A DNA stretch of 64,000 nt, from contig DF237046.1 in NCBI GenBank assembly GCA_000708835.1, positions 70,079 through 134,078 of the forward strand, written 5' to 3'. The DNA is from Klebsormidium nitens. Lineage: Eukaryota; Plantae; Klebsormidiophyceae. A program made the position numbers and the translations under genes. The notes below the pieces were generated by a model. That model was not told the origin of the DNA. It made no database searches and worked only from the letters and a program-made list of their open reading frames with translations. Below, in pieces: positions 11,826 through 24,000 of this stretch. Position 1 is the first letter of the stretch. Each line of letters starts with the position of its first letter.

Positions 11826-13790
11826 GACACCTGTGTATAGCTGCCTTCTGGTAAAGCAGTTTCGCTGTTTGGGAAGATGGCCGTAAGTTTGAGGCGCGAA
11901 GCTTTCAAGGCCCATTCCAGGGCACCTTCAATCGGACGGAACGGTTCGGATGCATCTGAACGGATGGTCTCAACAACGCTGTTGGCAACAGGGGACATGC
12001 AGGAAGGGCAGCCCGGAAGCTTTGTCTTATCTTATCTCATCTCGGTTGCACTGTGACAGGTGCAATGGCTTCCCTCCTTGTCGGTCGTTTCGCTGGCAAT
12101 AAAATATGAACCTGGTTGTACGGTGGGAAATAACAGCTGCCGCGTCTTGTCAGAACGATGAAAGGACTGGTGATCTGACACCCATCTGAGTCGCAGCTTT
12201 GCCTAGCCCCACTGCTATAAGCGGCTTTACTTAACCCAGCCAGCTGTCCGACTCTTGTCTTCCTCCAAGCAGCCATAAGCGCGGGAAGCGAGAAGTCAGA
12301 CGTGGCAACACCAGAGGAGTAACACGTGTCGCCCCACCCTGGAGGGATCCCCTTGAAGCGTATAAGGTTCCCCCCCGCTCGACCACGCCAACCACGCTGA
12401 CAAGGAAGACACATCTTGAAAAGCCGGGTAAAGGACCTGGCCGCCGGCCTGCATGCGCCAGGGGCCCTGGCGGAAAGTATTGAGGACCGTTTTGAAAGGA
12501 CCATTATATCTTCTTGTGTGCTGGAATCCATTCTCCAGGGTGATTGATCTCGCCCTTGGAGACGAAGCCATCTTTTGCGAGCCTGAAAGCTTGCCGCTTT
12601 GCATCTGAGTCTGGTCTTGTGAGAGAGAAATGCTCCAAAGATCAGTGAGAGTACTTTACCCGATGCCTTTAGAGGACATGCGGTCCGCTCTCTGGCCAGG
12701 CCCTATCTTCCAACCAGCCTGATCATGAAGAGCAACTTGGTTCTGATTTGATTGTTGGATTTAATACCACAACAAACAATTGATACGTGCTTCAGAAAGC
12801 TCAAAGACGCCCGAAAGTATGTTCAACCGACTTCGTGAGTCGGCTGCACCTGGAAGGCCGCCGTGACTTGAATCCGCAAAAGATACCAGGCACAGTAATT
12901 TGAGAGCATCATCTCGAAGCGTCCCCAGCTGCTTTCTGCAAATGGTAAATCTGGGCGGTGCATACCGGTCGATGTCCGCCCACTTAAGCATCCAATTCAA
13001 GTCCCGTAGCTTCTTTGGAAGAGGGAGGCGGTCTGTTGTCCCACAGGCTTCATATTTGATCACAAGATATTCGAATTTCTGCACTTGCTTTCGAGTTCGA
13101 TCCGGAATCCGTGAGGCAGAGTACCAAAAACCTCCGGGAAATGCGATCCTTCCGTCTGAGCATTTTGGAGGAATCTCCAGCATATGTGCTCGAAGGCTTG
13201 GCCAGCTACTAGCGGTTTCTGCATACACGGATTCTTACTTCGGTTCTGATGACTACCGTGGATTCCGAGGGCGCCGGCCGCCTCCGATACAACATCCCTC
13301 GGACTTAGTATTCCATGTATTTGAGCTAAGACCCTTTCAAGAGGCAGTATTCCATGTATTTGAGCTAGACCCTTCCAAGAGGCAGATCATTTGTGTAAGT
13401 ATGGCGTTGAAGTTCGAGTATGCTTTTGTTCAAGAAAAAATGGCGAAGCTCGCCTTCCGGGGGCTCTGACCCACAAAAAGAGAAAGTGTAGCAACGGTGA
13501 CATGTTGTTCCGTCTGTGCTTCAACGTCATCTACGCCATCGAGATCATCATCATGGGGCTTCTCGGAGGCTTGTTCAGTGCGGATCATTGGCACCAAGTA
13601 GAGCTGGTCAGAATCATCTCGAGCATGAGACTCCGAAATGCTCGTTCGACCATCCACTTTTACGCTGCTCGATCGAACGGTGCGACGTTTACCACCGAAG
13701 TGACCTGTTCATCGTCGATCAAGATATCCGCTAATCGAACGGTGGATTGCTGGCGAAGTGCACACCTAAAATTTCAACTTATGTTCTCAG
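11826..13790 (-). CDS. Probable multi-exon orphan gene D (start, end and some exons unresolved)
   Basis: A phase-consistent chain reads ...RLADILIDDEQVTSV | LYLVPMIRTEQASEKPHDDDLDGVDDVEAQTEQHVTVATLSLFVG | ETASSWPSLRAHMLEIPPK... (the last part is ORF 12761-13228). There is a further exon-like block at ~11970-11826 (VVETIRSDASEPFRPIEGALEWALK...). No family recognised. Confidence 0.35.
13307..13383. repeat. Two-copy ~39-bp tandem repeat (AGTATTCCATGTATTTGAGCTA(A)GACCCTT(T/C)CAAGAGGC), inside a predicted intron of gene D
   Basis: Read directly from the sequence; the copies differ by one indel and one substitution. Confidence 0.9.
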
Positions 13791-14127
13791 TGCATGCAGA
13801 CACTGTGCAGCAGGATGAGCTGCGAAAATCGACCGAGGTCTAGCATTGTTTGAACTGTTCGAAGTGTCGAGGGAAGGCGCTGGACAGCGGAGGGACAAGA
13901 AGGGATTGCTTTTACGCAGAAGCGGCTTTGGTTGGCTAGATTCTGCGCATGGTTGTCCTTAATCCAACGCGCTTTGATATGCGCCCTGGCGCTGCGGTTA
14001 GTTGCGCCCATCTGCTTTCACCAGTTTTGAGCTTCTTGATCACTCTATGTTCGAAGAACCCCGCTAGGGGGGTGGTGGTATGTGTCAGTAAGGGGTGAAA
14101 AGTGGAGTAGCAGCGGCCAACAAGAGA

Positions 14128-16050
14128 ATGACATTCTCCAAACAGATCACATGTCGCATATTCACAATCCCATTGGAACACACCGGAAGGAGGTGGGCCT
14201 TTCAGGTGCAGAGTGTTCCTGAGAGTGTGACTGAAGCTGCTGGCCAGACAAGTCTGTCCGAGCTGGCAACCAAGATTCAGGGCAAAGAGAAATTCAATGA
14301 CCGCCTTCAATTGCTGAGCGCATGGGGCACTGCAAAGGTAGGCTGCAATGGAAGCACATGGTGACCAAATGTCCATCAGATTGAGGTGCCATTGGAGCTG
14401 GGCTATCAATGCTGAAGAAGTCTAGCTGCCAGTACTTTTGCAGCATTTATTAGTGTTGGGTGCATGTCCTGTGATAGACAGTTGTGCAGACTTGGAAAGC
14501 CACTGCTTGTTGTGGGGTTCATGGCAATGCTGATATTTGTAAGATTCGCAAGCCGCAACTCAGCCTGGGGAGTTGATTTATGACTCGGGAACTTTTGACA
14601 ACAGATCTCATTGGAACCACCATCTATAAAGAGCAGTTATACCACCCTGATCTTGCAGGCTAAGGCACAGTGGGCCGACCTGGAAGGAGCTCCCCCAAAG
14701 AGCCTCAAGAAGCGCCTTGCAAACCTTGGAAACTACCTTCTCAGCAAGATTCATCCTGCGGAAAACTTTTTGAAGAGCATACCGCCTGAGTTCACCACAC
14801 TCCATGTTGTCCACCCTGCTGATGTGCACTCAACTCTGGTACGGCGACGGATCAGGCTCATCGCCAAAAGGTGAGGTGACAGCCAGATGTGATGGATCTA
14901 TCTGGAAAGAGGATATGGCAGGGCCGTTGCCAACCTTTTCGAACACTAGGCACTGCGAGTTGGAGTCAGTTCAGCAAATTAGTCTCTGGATGTAAGCTTG
15001 ACTTTTCTGGAAGGTGCGGCAACACCAATCTGTGCAGACATATGAAGCTGGCTGACAGTGCGTGAACTCGTATATTCAAAGGATTGGGGTTCTTGTACAG
15101 TAAAGTTTGCAATAGATCAGGAAGCCAGGTTTCGCTTATTTAGCCTAGACTGCATTGGTAGCCATCAAAGGTGTCAGAAGCTACTCCCGACGGTTGAACC
15201 GGGTGTGCTCATTCACATTACTTGGCATCAAACTTTGGCCTGCACATGTCTATTGTCTTCTGCGCAGACCCTTCTTTACTTCTTTATGCAGAGGCCCCAA
15301 CATCCACCGATGGTGGACGTACGCATCCATAAGCGCGTTGCCCGTGACTTTCTTGCTGCCAAGCCCTGTCTTCTTCTACAATCTCTTCCGTGTACATGCA
15401 AACTGGTCCAGCTGGAAGGTGAGTGCTCTTCTTCGCATCTTCTCCTGCCGTCACCTAGCAGTTCTCTTGGATGGAGCGTGGAAGTATCGCTCAAAGCAAT
15501 CAACAGGCAGTCAGCAAGAGGGTGTGACGTACCTACGAGTTTTCTTATAAGCAGCCATCTAGAGGCGCAGACTTTCAACAAACTCGTCTCGTATCAGACC
15601 ACTTGTTTGGGCTCGTGCCTTTTCAATTGGCAGACACTTGAAAGAATGGTGAGTGCTTTCAAAATGTGCCTACTTTCTAGCAGTCTCTGCAGCCCTTCCA
15701 TGATGTGTCAAATTTGTCTGCAGGGCGGAAGCCGACTGTTAGCTCACCTAGAACAGTCTTCTGCAATTTTGCGAACTTCGTCACAGATAAAAGCAAAAGA
15801 GTTGAAAGGTCTTTCCCATCCAGAGAAGGAGAAAGGGAACGCTGGGCAGACTAGTATGCCCGTGCTTCGGTTTGAATCTTCGAAAGAGCTTTCTTCCAAA
15901 ATTATCGCGTCCAAAGAGAAGAAAAGGAAAGCCGGAGACAAGGTTCCGAGTAAACAAATCATTGATGAGCAGCTCGAGATCATATGCAAGAGACACGGGT
16001 TGGATCTGCCTAGCATACTAAGGTGGAGAAACATTTCCGTTCAGGCATAA
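14128..16050 (+). CDS. Mitochondrial K+/H+ exchange-related (Mit_KHE1, PF10173-type) protein: 4 exons (14128-14337, 14659-14870, 15292-15418, 15724-16050), ~291 aa
   Basis: Phases 0/2/0 are consistent. Motifs RIFTIPL..GRRWAF, WADLEGAP..SLKKRL..LGNYLLSKIHPAENFLKSIP..TTLHVVHP and HRWWTYASISALP...PVFFYNLFRVHANW..KGGSRL match this family as I recall it. Confidence 0.8.
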
Positions 16051-16822
16051 GCGTGCAGCGATACAGCGCAACTGGAGCAGATGCTCGATTCATTACAATT
16101 ATGCAGGATTACAATCATGTCAAATCTGTGAAATCATAATCCCCACCTATTAAGCGCGTTATGGGTAGGATTATGCCGCCGCGGCTGCGCAGTAAGCTAG
16201 CTAGGGACTTACGGTCATCCTGGCAGGAGGAGCCTGGATTTTGAATGTTACTAACACGTATACCTACTCGTATATTCATGCACATGCACCTTACTGAGTG
16301 CAACTCAATCGCTCCATATATATGTAAGACGTAATCTGGCGCTGAATCCGATTAGCCTGCGCATGTTGGAACGAAAATTTTGAGATGGAATATGTATATG
16401 CGCACATTTCAACCATGCACGTTTATACGTGGGAAGCGGGGGTTACTGAATTCTCATATGATTTTGGCGGCATGCGCGCGTTTATCATGATGATTGATCA
16501 TTCTGCGAACATATTTAGAGTTGCCGACACACGTCTGTCTTATGAAGAGCGACGGTTCAAGCTGGAGCTAGCGAATTGTTGAATCGGAACAAGAATCCAG
16601 AATCAGTCTCTTGCAAGGATTGGGTTTCGATGCTATACGATATCCGTCTCGTGATGATGAATTGGCGGCTGACCACAGGAAGCTGCGCCGCTTGACAAAC
16701 TTGATATCAATCCTACTAATGTTCGGCATATGCAGGCCCCTGGACAGGGTACCAATATAGCACGCAGATTGGCGGTCGTCATATCCTTAAAACTGGTGTC
16801 ATTTGCACGTACGTAGAGATTG

Positions 16823-19800
16823 TCAGTGGCCAGACGGTCTGAGGACGGTGCCCGTCCAAGGCTCCAAACTCGTTCGAGAACTGTCACCCTCCTTTCTTCC
16901 CATCAGCGACTTGTGCGGCGTCCCTCTGATCGCTGCCGAGGCTGCAGGTGTGCCGGCCTGCCATGAGCACATGATACCCACTCAGCATTGGTCGACCGAT
17001 ATCCGACGCCGTACTTTAGCGATGTGCACAGATATGTCAGGAACTTAGTTCCAACATCCCGTCTATTCCTTACTTCCTCAAAGTCTCGAGTTCGCCGCAT
17101 CGGAGAGAATGCAGACGACGAAGCTCTTGCCTCTTGGAGAACGGGTGATCTACAAATCAACTGGTCAATCAAGCAACTTGCAGGGCATGTTCTTCAGATC
17201 CTGACCGGAGCTCAGCGGAGCACGATTTGCAACGCACTGTCCGGTTTGCTGCGAGATGCCGGTCTTACCTTTGCGATGTATACCGGGATGCCCTTGGCTG
17301 CAATTTCTGCGGCCTCTTCAATCTTGGTGGCCATTCCGCCCGTCGTGTCGTGTGCAGCAGCCGCCATTTGTACGCCTGAAAGGGAAAATTAGACAGCATC
17401 GCTGCACCGGTCAACGTATGGGAGTAGAGGAGACGAGATCCGGTGCGCTAAGCCTTCAGATGTTGAGACGTTACGAGAAGAGGTTCCGACTTAACTGGAG
17501 CGGATGAGCTGTTAACCAGAACAAATGAAGTCAGAAGCATGTCAAAGAGCAGGGTTTCGGCATGGCACTCAATTAAGGAAGATTACGGCTTTACAAGAAA
17601 GAGCTGTAGGAGACATGGGATCCGAACGCGAAAGGCATTCAAACGTTTCGCTTCGGCTACGTGCCTTTACGGACGGCGGATTCTTGTGCGAAGGGCACCC
17701 GCACAACTGGAACTTTCCGAACATAACATCTCCTGATTTCACAGCTCGAAAGAACGAAGCGCCAACCTTGAGCCAGGTCGTTCGGGTCAGTTATCGTCCA
17801 CGTCCCGTCGCCCGCAACAGCTGCCGGATCAGATCGGGTAGGAACAGTTTGGGTCAGCGAGGTGCAAGCACGAAGCTACGACCGTGGAGGTGGCTGACTC
17901 TAGCACAACCAGCCTTCGACCAGCCTTCCATCGCTCTTCTAAAGTACTTTTCTCGGCTTCATCGATGCCTCCCGCAACACAGAGCAGTGTCAAAAGCATT
18001 CCTGTTGCCGCCTGCCAAGACAATTTAAAGTCCGCAGAAATGCATGTTTTGCTTAGGGAAGGGAGATTGATTCGCACCTATTTCTCGTATCAAGCGTGCT
18101 CCGTCCTCCGACGGCGGCTTGTCGTAAACGCCAGCAACGTTAGTCTGGCTTTGTCAAAGAAACGCCCGCTAAAGGTCAGGCAAAGCGAGCACCAGAGAGA
18201 GAGCAGTCTGGCATCGTGCTCAGATAGTCATATCAGGTTGCCAAGACCAGAGTTGTCGTCCAGACCTCCTAGTATAATTTCACAAGACTTATGTACAGGG
18301 CTCAAAGAAGCCAGCAATTAGGGCAGCTTTGCGCGAATCTGACTCCCTGGAGTGGATGCGAGAGGATACAAGGAAGACCACAAAGTCTGGCCGGAGGTCT
18401 GCGGCAAGCTTTCGGACAATGACATCACCACTAAGAATCGTACAACCCTGCGGAGGAGAAAGCTCTGTCAGTCTGACGCGAGAAGGCACGTTTTGCTTTT
18501 GAAAGGTCCGTTTCATGCTTGGCGACAAAACATAGACTTGACAACAGGTGGCTGAGGAATGTCAAAGCTTTGAGTGTCAGAAATAGTCGCGAGCGAGTTA
18601 CGCTGGCGAAAAGGCCTTCCTACAAACAAGCGGCTTGAATGAAGGTGGTTTCGTACCTGCCCACTGTCCAAGACTGCGTCGCCATGTAGTACCTGCAGTT
18701 TTGCAGATAACGTCAGCAAGTACTGTAAGAGAAAACGAATTCAGAAGCTATCCTGGCGCGAAAATGACTCCAAGCAGTCCACGCACAAGTGCAAGGCGAA
18801 GATGCATCAGCAGACTTTCTATGGTGGGCTGAAGATAAGAGACTGTGAGACTGACCGGCAGGAGCCCCGCTTCGAGAGTTTTGCGAACGCTGGCAACATC
18901 GGAAGTGGCCAGCTGCAAAGAGCCAAGCAGTCAAATCACAGTCAGAACGGACGGAACGTAAACATGGCTTCCCAGCCACTCAATATGAGCCCGTTGGGCT
19001 GTACTTGACATTCAACGAAGAAACCTTTCTTGAACCGTTTATTTAAGAGGCAGTAGTTGAGGGGGGTCCTCGAAAGCTGGCCGGGAGTCCACGTTTTCCT
19101 TCCATCCATCCTGTCAACATGCTATTTCATGATTTCCAAAGATTGCAAGGAGCTGACAGTGGACCCACTTCCAAGGAGCCCCCTGGAAATAATGTAAACT
19201 CTCGAGACATATAAAGTATCTCATTTTCCAGATTGCCGGCATTTAAGCTGTGGACACCAACAAGGTCTTCCTGTACACGAGCTTATTAGCCTCTCACCTT
19301 TCTGTTATGAGTGGTCCATCCGCCAGCAAATGGGGATAGTCCACAAGCTGCAACCCCTCCTGGAGTCAGACACAGGGGGCACCATGAGCTTGAAGAAGAG
19401 GATGACAAGGAGCAATCTAGATATCCTCTTGATGGACAGCATTGCACACTCAAGAGTCTCGCTCACAATTTTCCAACTTCTCTTCAATGAATCCTGATTG
19501 ACCATTACTTGAGAGCGATTGTGATCAGGGATGCGCGTCAGCAAGAACTCCAACCACTACTACGTAGACCATACAAGAAAGGAGGCGTACCCTCACATAG
19601 CCTTCTGACGACCTCGTGGTTCAATTTTGTGACAGACACTCTGGTCTCCGCAAAGCCTTGAAGAATGTGTGCTGTCGAACCAAGGCCCCCTTTTGAGACA
19701 CCATACTTGCTGGCTTGGAAATGTCCAAAGGAACCTGCCAGCACAAGAGGGCGCATCAGTGCTCTGTTCTTCAGCCGAACTCACCACCTGAAAGGTATGT

Positions 19801-20334
19801 GCCGACTTAGTTACGTACTCAAGTTTATAGCCATCCACAGACGCTCTTGAGGACGAAGTTGGCTCCCGCTCTTTGAATGTGCGTACTTAAGTTGCAAAAG
19901 AGGGATCAGCGAGCAAAATAGGATGTGCACCTGTTGTTTTCGAGCTGACGCCAAATCTGGATCAGGCTGACAACTCCAGGATTGGCCCTTAAAAACTGTC
20001 GACCATCAATGCCTTGCTGAGGCCCATCGTATAGTGCTGCATATCTGCTGTCAGCGATCCGTCTGCCAAGACTTGGATCACAAAGCTTCATTGAGGATGC
20101 ACAAATTGCCACCCCATTGCCACGCGTTGTCTTACCTGCCCCATGAACGATCACAATGTGGTCTGCCTCCTTGTCATTGCCCCCAGCCCGAAGGCTGTCT
20201 ACAATGTGCTGTATCGTGGCTGTGAGCACAGTTTCATGCAGCGTTTCAAACTCATTCTTTTTGGTTATTGCTGCACCTCCCAACTTTAGAATGCAGCGCA
20301 CCCGGGGCCCTGCTTGGTCAGAGCCTCCAGCCAT
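16823..20334 (-). CDS. IPK: Isopentenyl phosphate kinase (amino-acid-kinase family): 10 exons (20334-20136, 19734-19591, 19359-19298, 18912-18856, 18692-18657, 18447-18370, 18144-18078, 17820-17767, 17375-17269, 16957-16823), ~312 aa
   Basis: Motifs ILKLGGAAITKK, IVHGAGSFGHFQA (with the IPK-type His), PVLHGDAVLD, GCTILSGDVI, TNVAGVYDKPP, HDTTGGMATKIEEA and the C-terminal WTGTVL. All intron phases are continuous. Confidence 0.93.
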
Positions 20335-21057
20335 AAGCGCTCTCGGATCTCAAAGCTGTACACTAATTGTTCATGCTGTTTGAGCTCCAGACGGATCAAT
20401 GCGCATTTCGTGGGCCGAGATCCACAATAGCTAAAGGTTGCTATTGTGTTTCAGAAGCTTCAGAGCAGCCTTCTGTGGCTTCAATAGGTCAGTACAAAGC
20501 TTCAGGCCCTATGCAGCGTGCTTGCAAAATGCTTTGTGACGCCAAATTGCGCATTGCATTCGCTCCCTGCATGCTAGCTATGTTAGCTTTATCGGACTTG
20601 GTCTAGCTTTAAAAATTCAACCAGGGCTTCAAGCCTGGCCCTGATCATTTTTCAGAACTCGTCTTGAATACTGTGAGAACCGGCACTTTTATCCCAAGAA
20701 CCGGCTGATACTCACAGGCAATTGTGTGCCGTTCCCTTTGCAGTCAAAGACAACGTTAGGAAGCTCTTGAGATTATTTCCATTAAACCATTCCCAAGCAC
20801 TTTCAATCCAGCAGCCTGAGAGGAGCCTTCGCTGGCCTTGAAGTTGATGTACAGATAGGCATGTCAAGCTTGCTCCCAGAAGGCAGGTGTAAGCATGAAG
20901 GTGCACTCTGAACGCCTACAATCCTCTGCAAACGAGCTTCACTGAATTTTGGGTGAACAGCTTCTTTGATGAGACCGGTATGCTCAGACGGCACCCCTTT
21001 TTGGATGAGGCCTAGGAAGAACCATTCCTTGTGACCCCGGTCCCTTCGCAAGCTGCC

Positions 21058-24000
21058 ATGGCGGTTCTTTCGAACGGCCCCGAGGAGGGCGGCGGCGACA
21101 GCCTGGACCGGGATGTCCCCGAGAAGCTGATGAATCTGTCCCGCCCCCATATCGAGTCATATGACTACTTCATTGAGAAGGGCATGCACGAGGCCGTGGC
21201 GCGGCTGGACAACATGGAGATTACGCATCCTGTGGACAAGAAGACGCTGGAGATGTGGGTCGATAACCTGGTGGTGCACCAGCCAGAGAAAGAGTACACG
21301 GACGTGTCAGAGAAGCGGCTGTTTCCCAATGAGGTGAGTTTGCCCGATGGAGGGTCGCAAAAGGGTGGTGGGCGAGTGACCGCCAGAGAGAAGGGGGCAA
21401 GTTAATGAGATGTGCCGTCCTGACCGGAGACTTGAACTTTTTCTTGGAAATTTTCAAAGAAAAAGTGCAGAGAAGGGATGCTATGGTATTCCGCAGCTAT
21501 TTCTTCCTGGGCGTCAGCTTGCTGCAGCTGACGGCTTGATTTTAGACAAGATGCAGTGCATCTGCGCCCTTGCTGCAGCATACGGCAGTGGCGACCACTT
21601 TTTCACACTGCTTTAAAGTGTCCTCACACCCTCATCCTTCATCTCGTTGCGATTGCTTATGAATGTCTCTTCAGTCCTGTTCCCCTCTCATAGTGGTGGT
21701 GAAAGTCTCAAATCATGATGTCCAGGCAAGGGATTTTTGGTGGTCTGCTTTGTGGCGAAAGAAAAATAGAGTGAGCGACGGAGCTTTAAATGTAATGCAA
21801 CCTCTGTCAACAACCCCATGCAGTGCCGGGAGGGTGGCTTGACGTATCGGGGCAAGCTGACGGCAGACATCTGCTACCGGGTGGGAGATGGGCCGGTCCA
21901 AAAGTTCGATCAGAAGACGTGAGCACGGGAAATGGGGACTGTCCTGTCAAGGTTTACTTTTTACGGTCCGGTCGTTTGAAGCAAGCTGGCTTGATACCAG
22001 AACTGATTGCGTTCCGTAGAAGAATGTGAAGACTCTAACGGAGGGCTCGAAGTCACCCCTTACTTAGATACCTCTTGCGTCTGTTGTTATGCGAGAAGTA
22101 TTCGTGGACCCGTATCTGCGGAAACCAGAGTGGGTGTCATTGTTAATCTTGCGTCAATAAGTGCAGAATCCGAAACCATGCCACATCAGTGTATGTGGTA
22201 GGAAGATTGAGCGCCTGTGATGCCGTTTTTCACATTGTGAGCGATTTTTGCGAGCGCCAACCAAACATTCCAAAGTCAGAGACTCTCACAAAGTCGAAGG
22301 CAGTGGACGGACAAAAGTCTCCAATAACGGACGCCGACAAGCTAAACCATTTCCGTCTTATGGCCCCTCCGAACTCGTATCGCAGAGATATCTCTGTTCC
22401 GTCCAATCTTTGAGCTCCGAAATTTTGCCACACCCTGCGGATTTCACTCTTAAAACAATCATAAGAGACTGAACTTTTGATGAGACGAAGCTGACAAAAA
22501 TAAAATGACAAAAAATAAACTTCCTAGACGGAAAAGTTACCCCGCTCCGCACCTGTGCCCACCCTAATTCTCCGATGCCTACCGCATCCGTCCCGGAGAA
22601 GGCGTCCGATTCTTTTACACCCATGATGATCAACGAGCTAGTGATCACGTGCAGCATTGGGTCCGTCCCGATCATGGTCCGCTCGAGCCGGTGCCACCTG
22701 CAGCACCTGACGCAGCGCCATTTGGTGGCGCGCCACGAGGAGGCGCTCGAGTTCGGGGGCTACTTCATCGTGAACGGCATCGAGAAGCTGATTCGCATGC
22801 TCATCGTGCCGCGCCGCAACTACGTCATGGCCCTCAAGCGCTCCGCGTACCTCAACCGCGGGCCCATGTACTCCGACAAGGCCACCGTCATCAGGTGAGG
22901 GGCGACCGGGAGGGGCCCATGCGGTCAACCGCGCTGTGGATTCTTTAGATTTGAGCTTTCATCAGAAATAAGAAGAGCGACGAATTACAGGAGGCAAACA
23001 GTAGGTGGTCGTCTGTGATCTACGGAGTTCGCAGACATTTTGAGATTGCAGCGTTGTTCGAAGTTTAGCTGGCTTATAAGTTGCTGCGTAAGTTCGGCGG
23101 TAGCCTACTCGATATTCACCCAGACAATATCAAGTCCCATGTTCTGACGATGGATTTGCCGTCTCACACCAGCCGTGTCGACTTGCAGGTCTGCACGCCC
23201 CGACCAGACGACGATGACCACCCGGGTGCATTACCTGGTGGACGGCAATGCGAACGTGGCCTTCACACTGCGCCGCCAGGAGTTCTTCATCCCAGTGGGC
23301 ATCGTGCTGAAAGTGAGTTTCGAGTGGCGATTTGCGACTTTATTTGCGGTTCCGAGGGGGAGATTTCGCATGTTCGGGGAGACATGCTCGTGATCTGGTA
23401 TCTGATCACGGTGTAGCACGCTAAAGGGATCAAGTGAAAAGAGCCTAATCCCATCGCTCGTAACATATTGGTTAGCGATTGGGGTCTGCACAAGGTCGGG
23501 TTTGACGGCTTAAGAGCAGAACAGCGCGTCGACCTGACTCGTATGTTGCAGCGTGAGCTCCCTAAAAAGAACTAAGAATCTGAGACTTTCATCGACGGTT
23601 GCAAAGGCTTGTGACTCTGTCCGGTCAGTGGTTTGACGATTTGCCAGAGCGAATGAGCTCATGGGACCGGTGAACTTGAAAGATAAGAAGGATCAAATCA
23701 GATTTGGACACCTGGATTCTTGCTTACAAAGTCGACATCCTTTGCTGGAAAGGTGTGCTGAAGAAGTGCATCGTTCTGCTGGATTTCGATCTTTTGCGAC
23801 GGTTCGTGCCATCTTGTTTGCCGCAGAGTCTGGTGGAGGCGAGCGACAAGGAGATTTACGAGCGGCTGATTGCGGGGGGCGGCAGCCACTTCGTGGCGCA
23901 GAGAGCGGAGCTGGTGCTGCGGGAAGTGCACCGCTACGCGCTGCGCACCAGGGCCGAGTGCCTCGCCTTCCTGGGTGAGCCGCTTTTATCGTACTCTTTT

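Noticed and set aside
15058-16050. The 330-aa ORF as a single-exon gene
   Set aside because: Only its last 109 codons are KHE1 exon 4; exon 3 is in another frame, so the long ORF is fortuitous read-through of introns.
16995-17210. IPK intron 9 segments resembling an exon end (SVHIAK|GTACGG) or a next exon (GSEEHALQ)
   Set aside because: In-frame stops flank both, and neither has a phase-compatible acceptor; the real last exon at 16957 fits well. Probably chance similarity.
16988-19008. Plus-strand ORFs 16988-17392, 17525-18028, 17884-18321 and 18802-19008
   Set aside because: They are antisense to IPK exons and introns, and the minus-strand gene explains the region completely.
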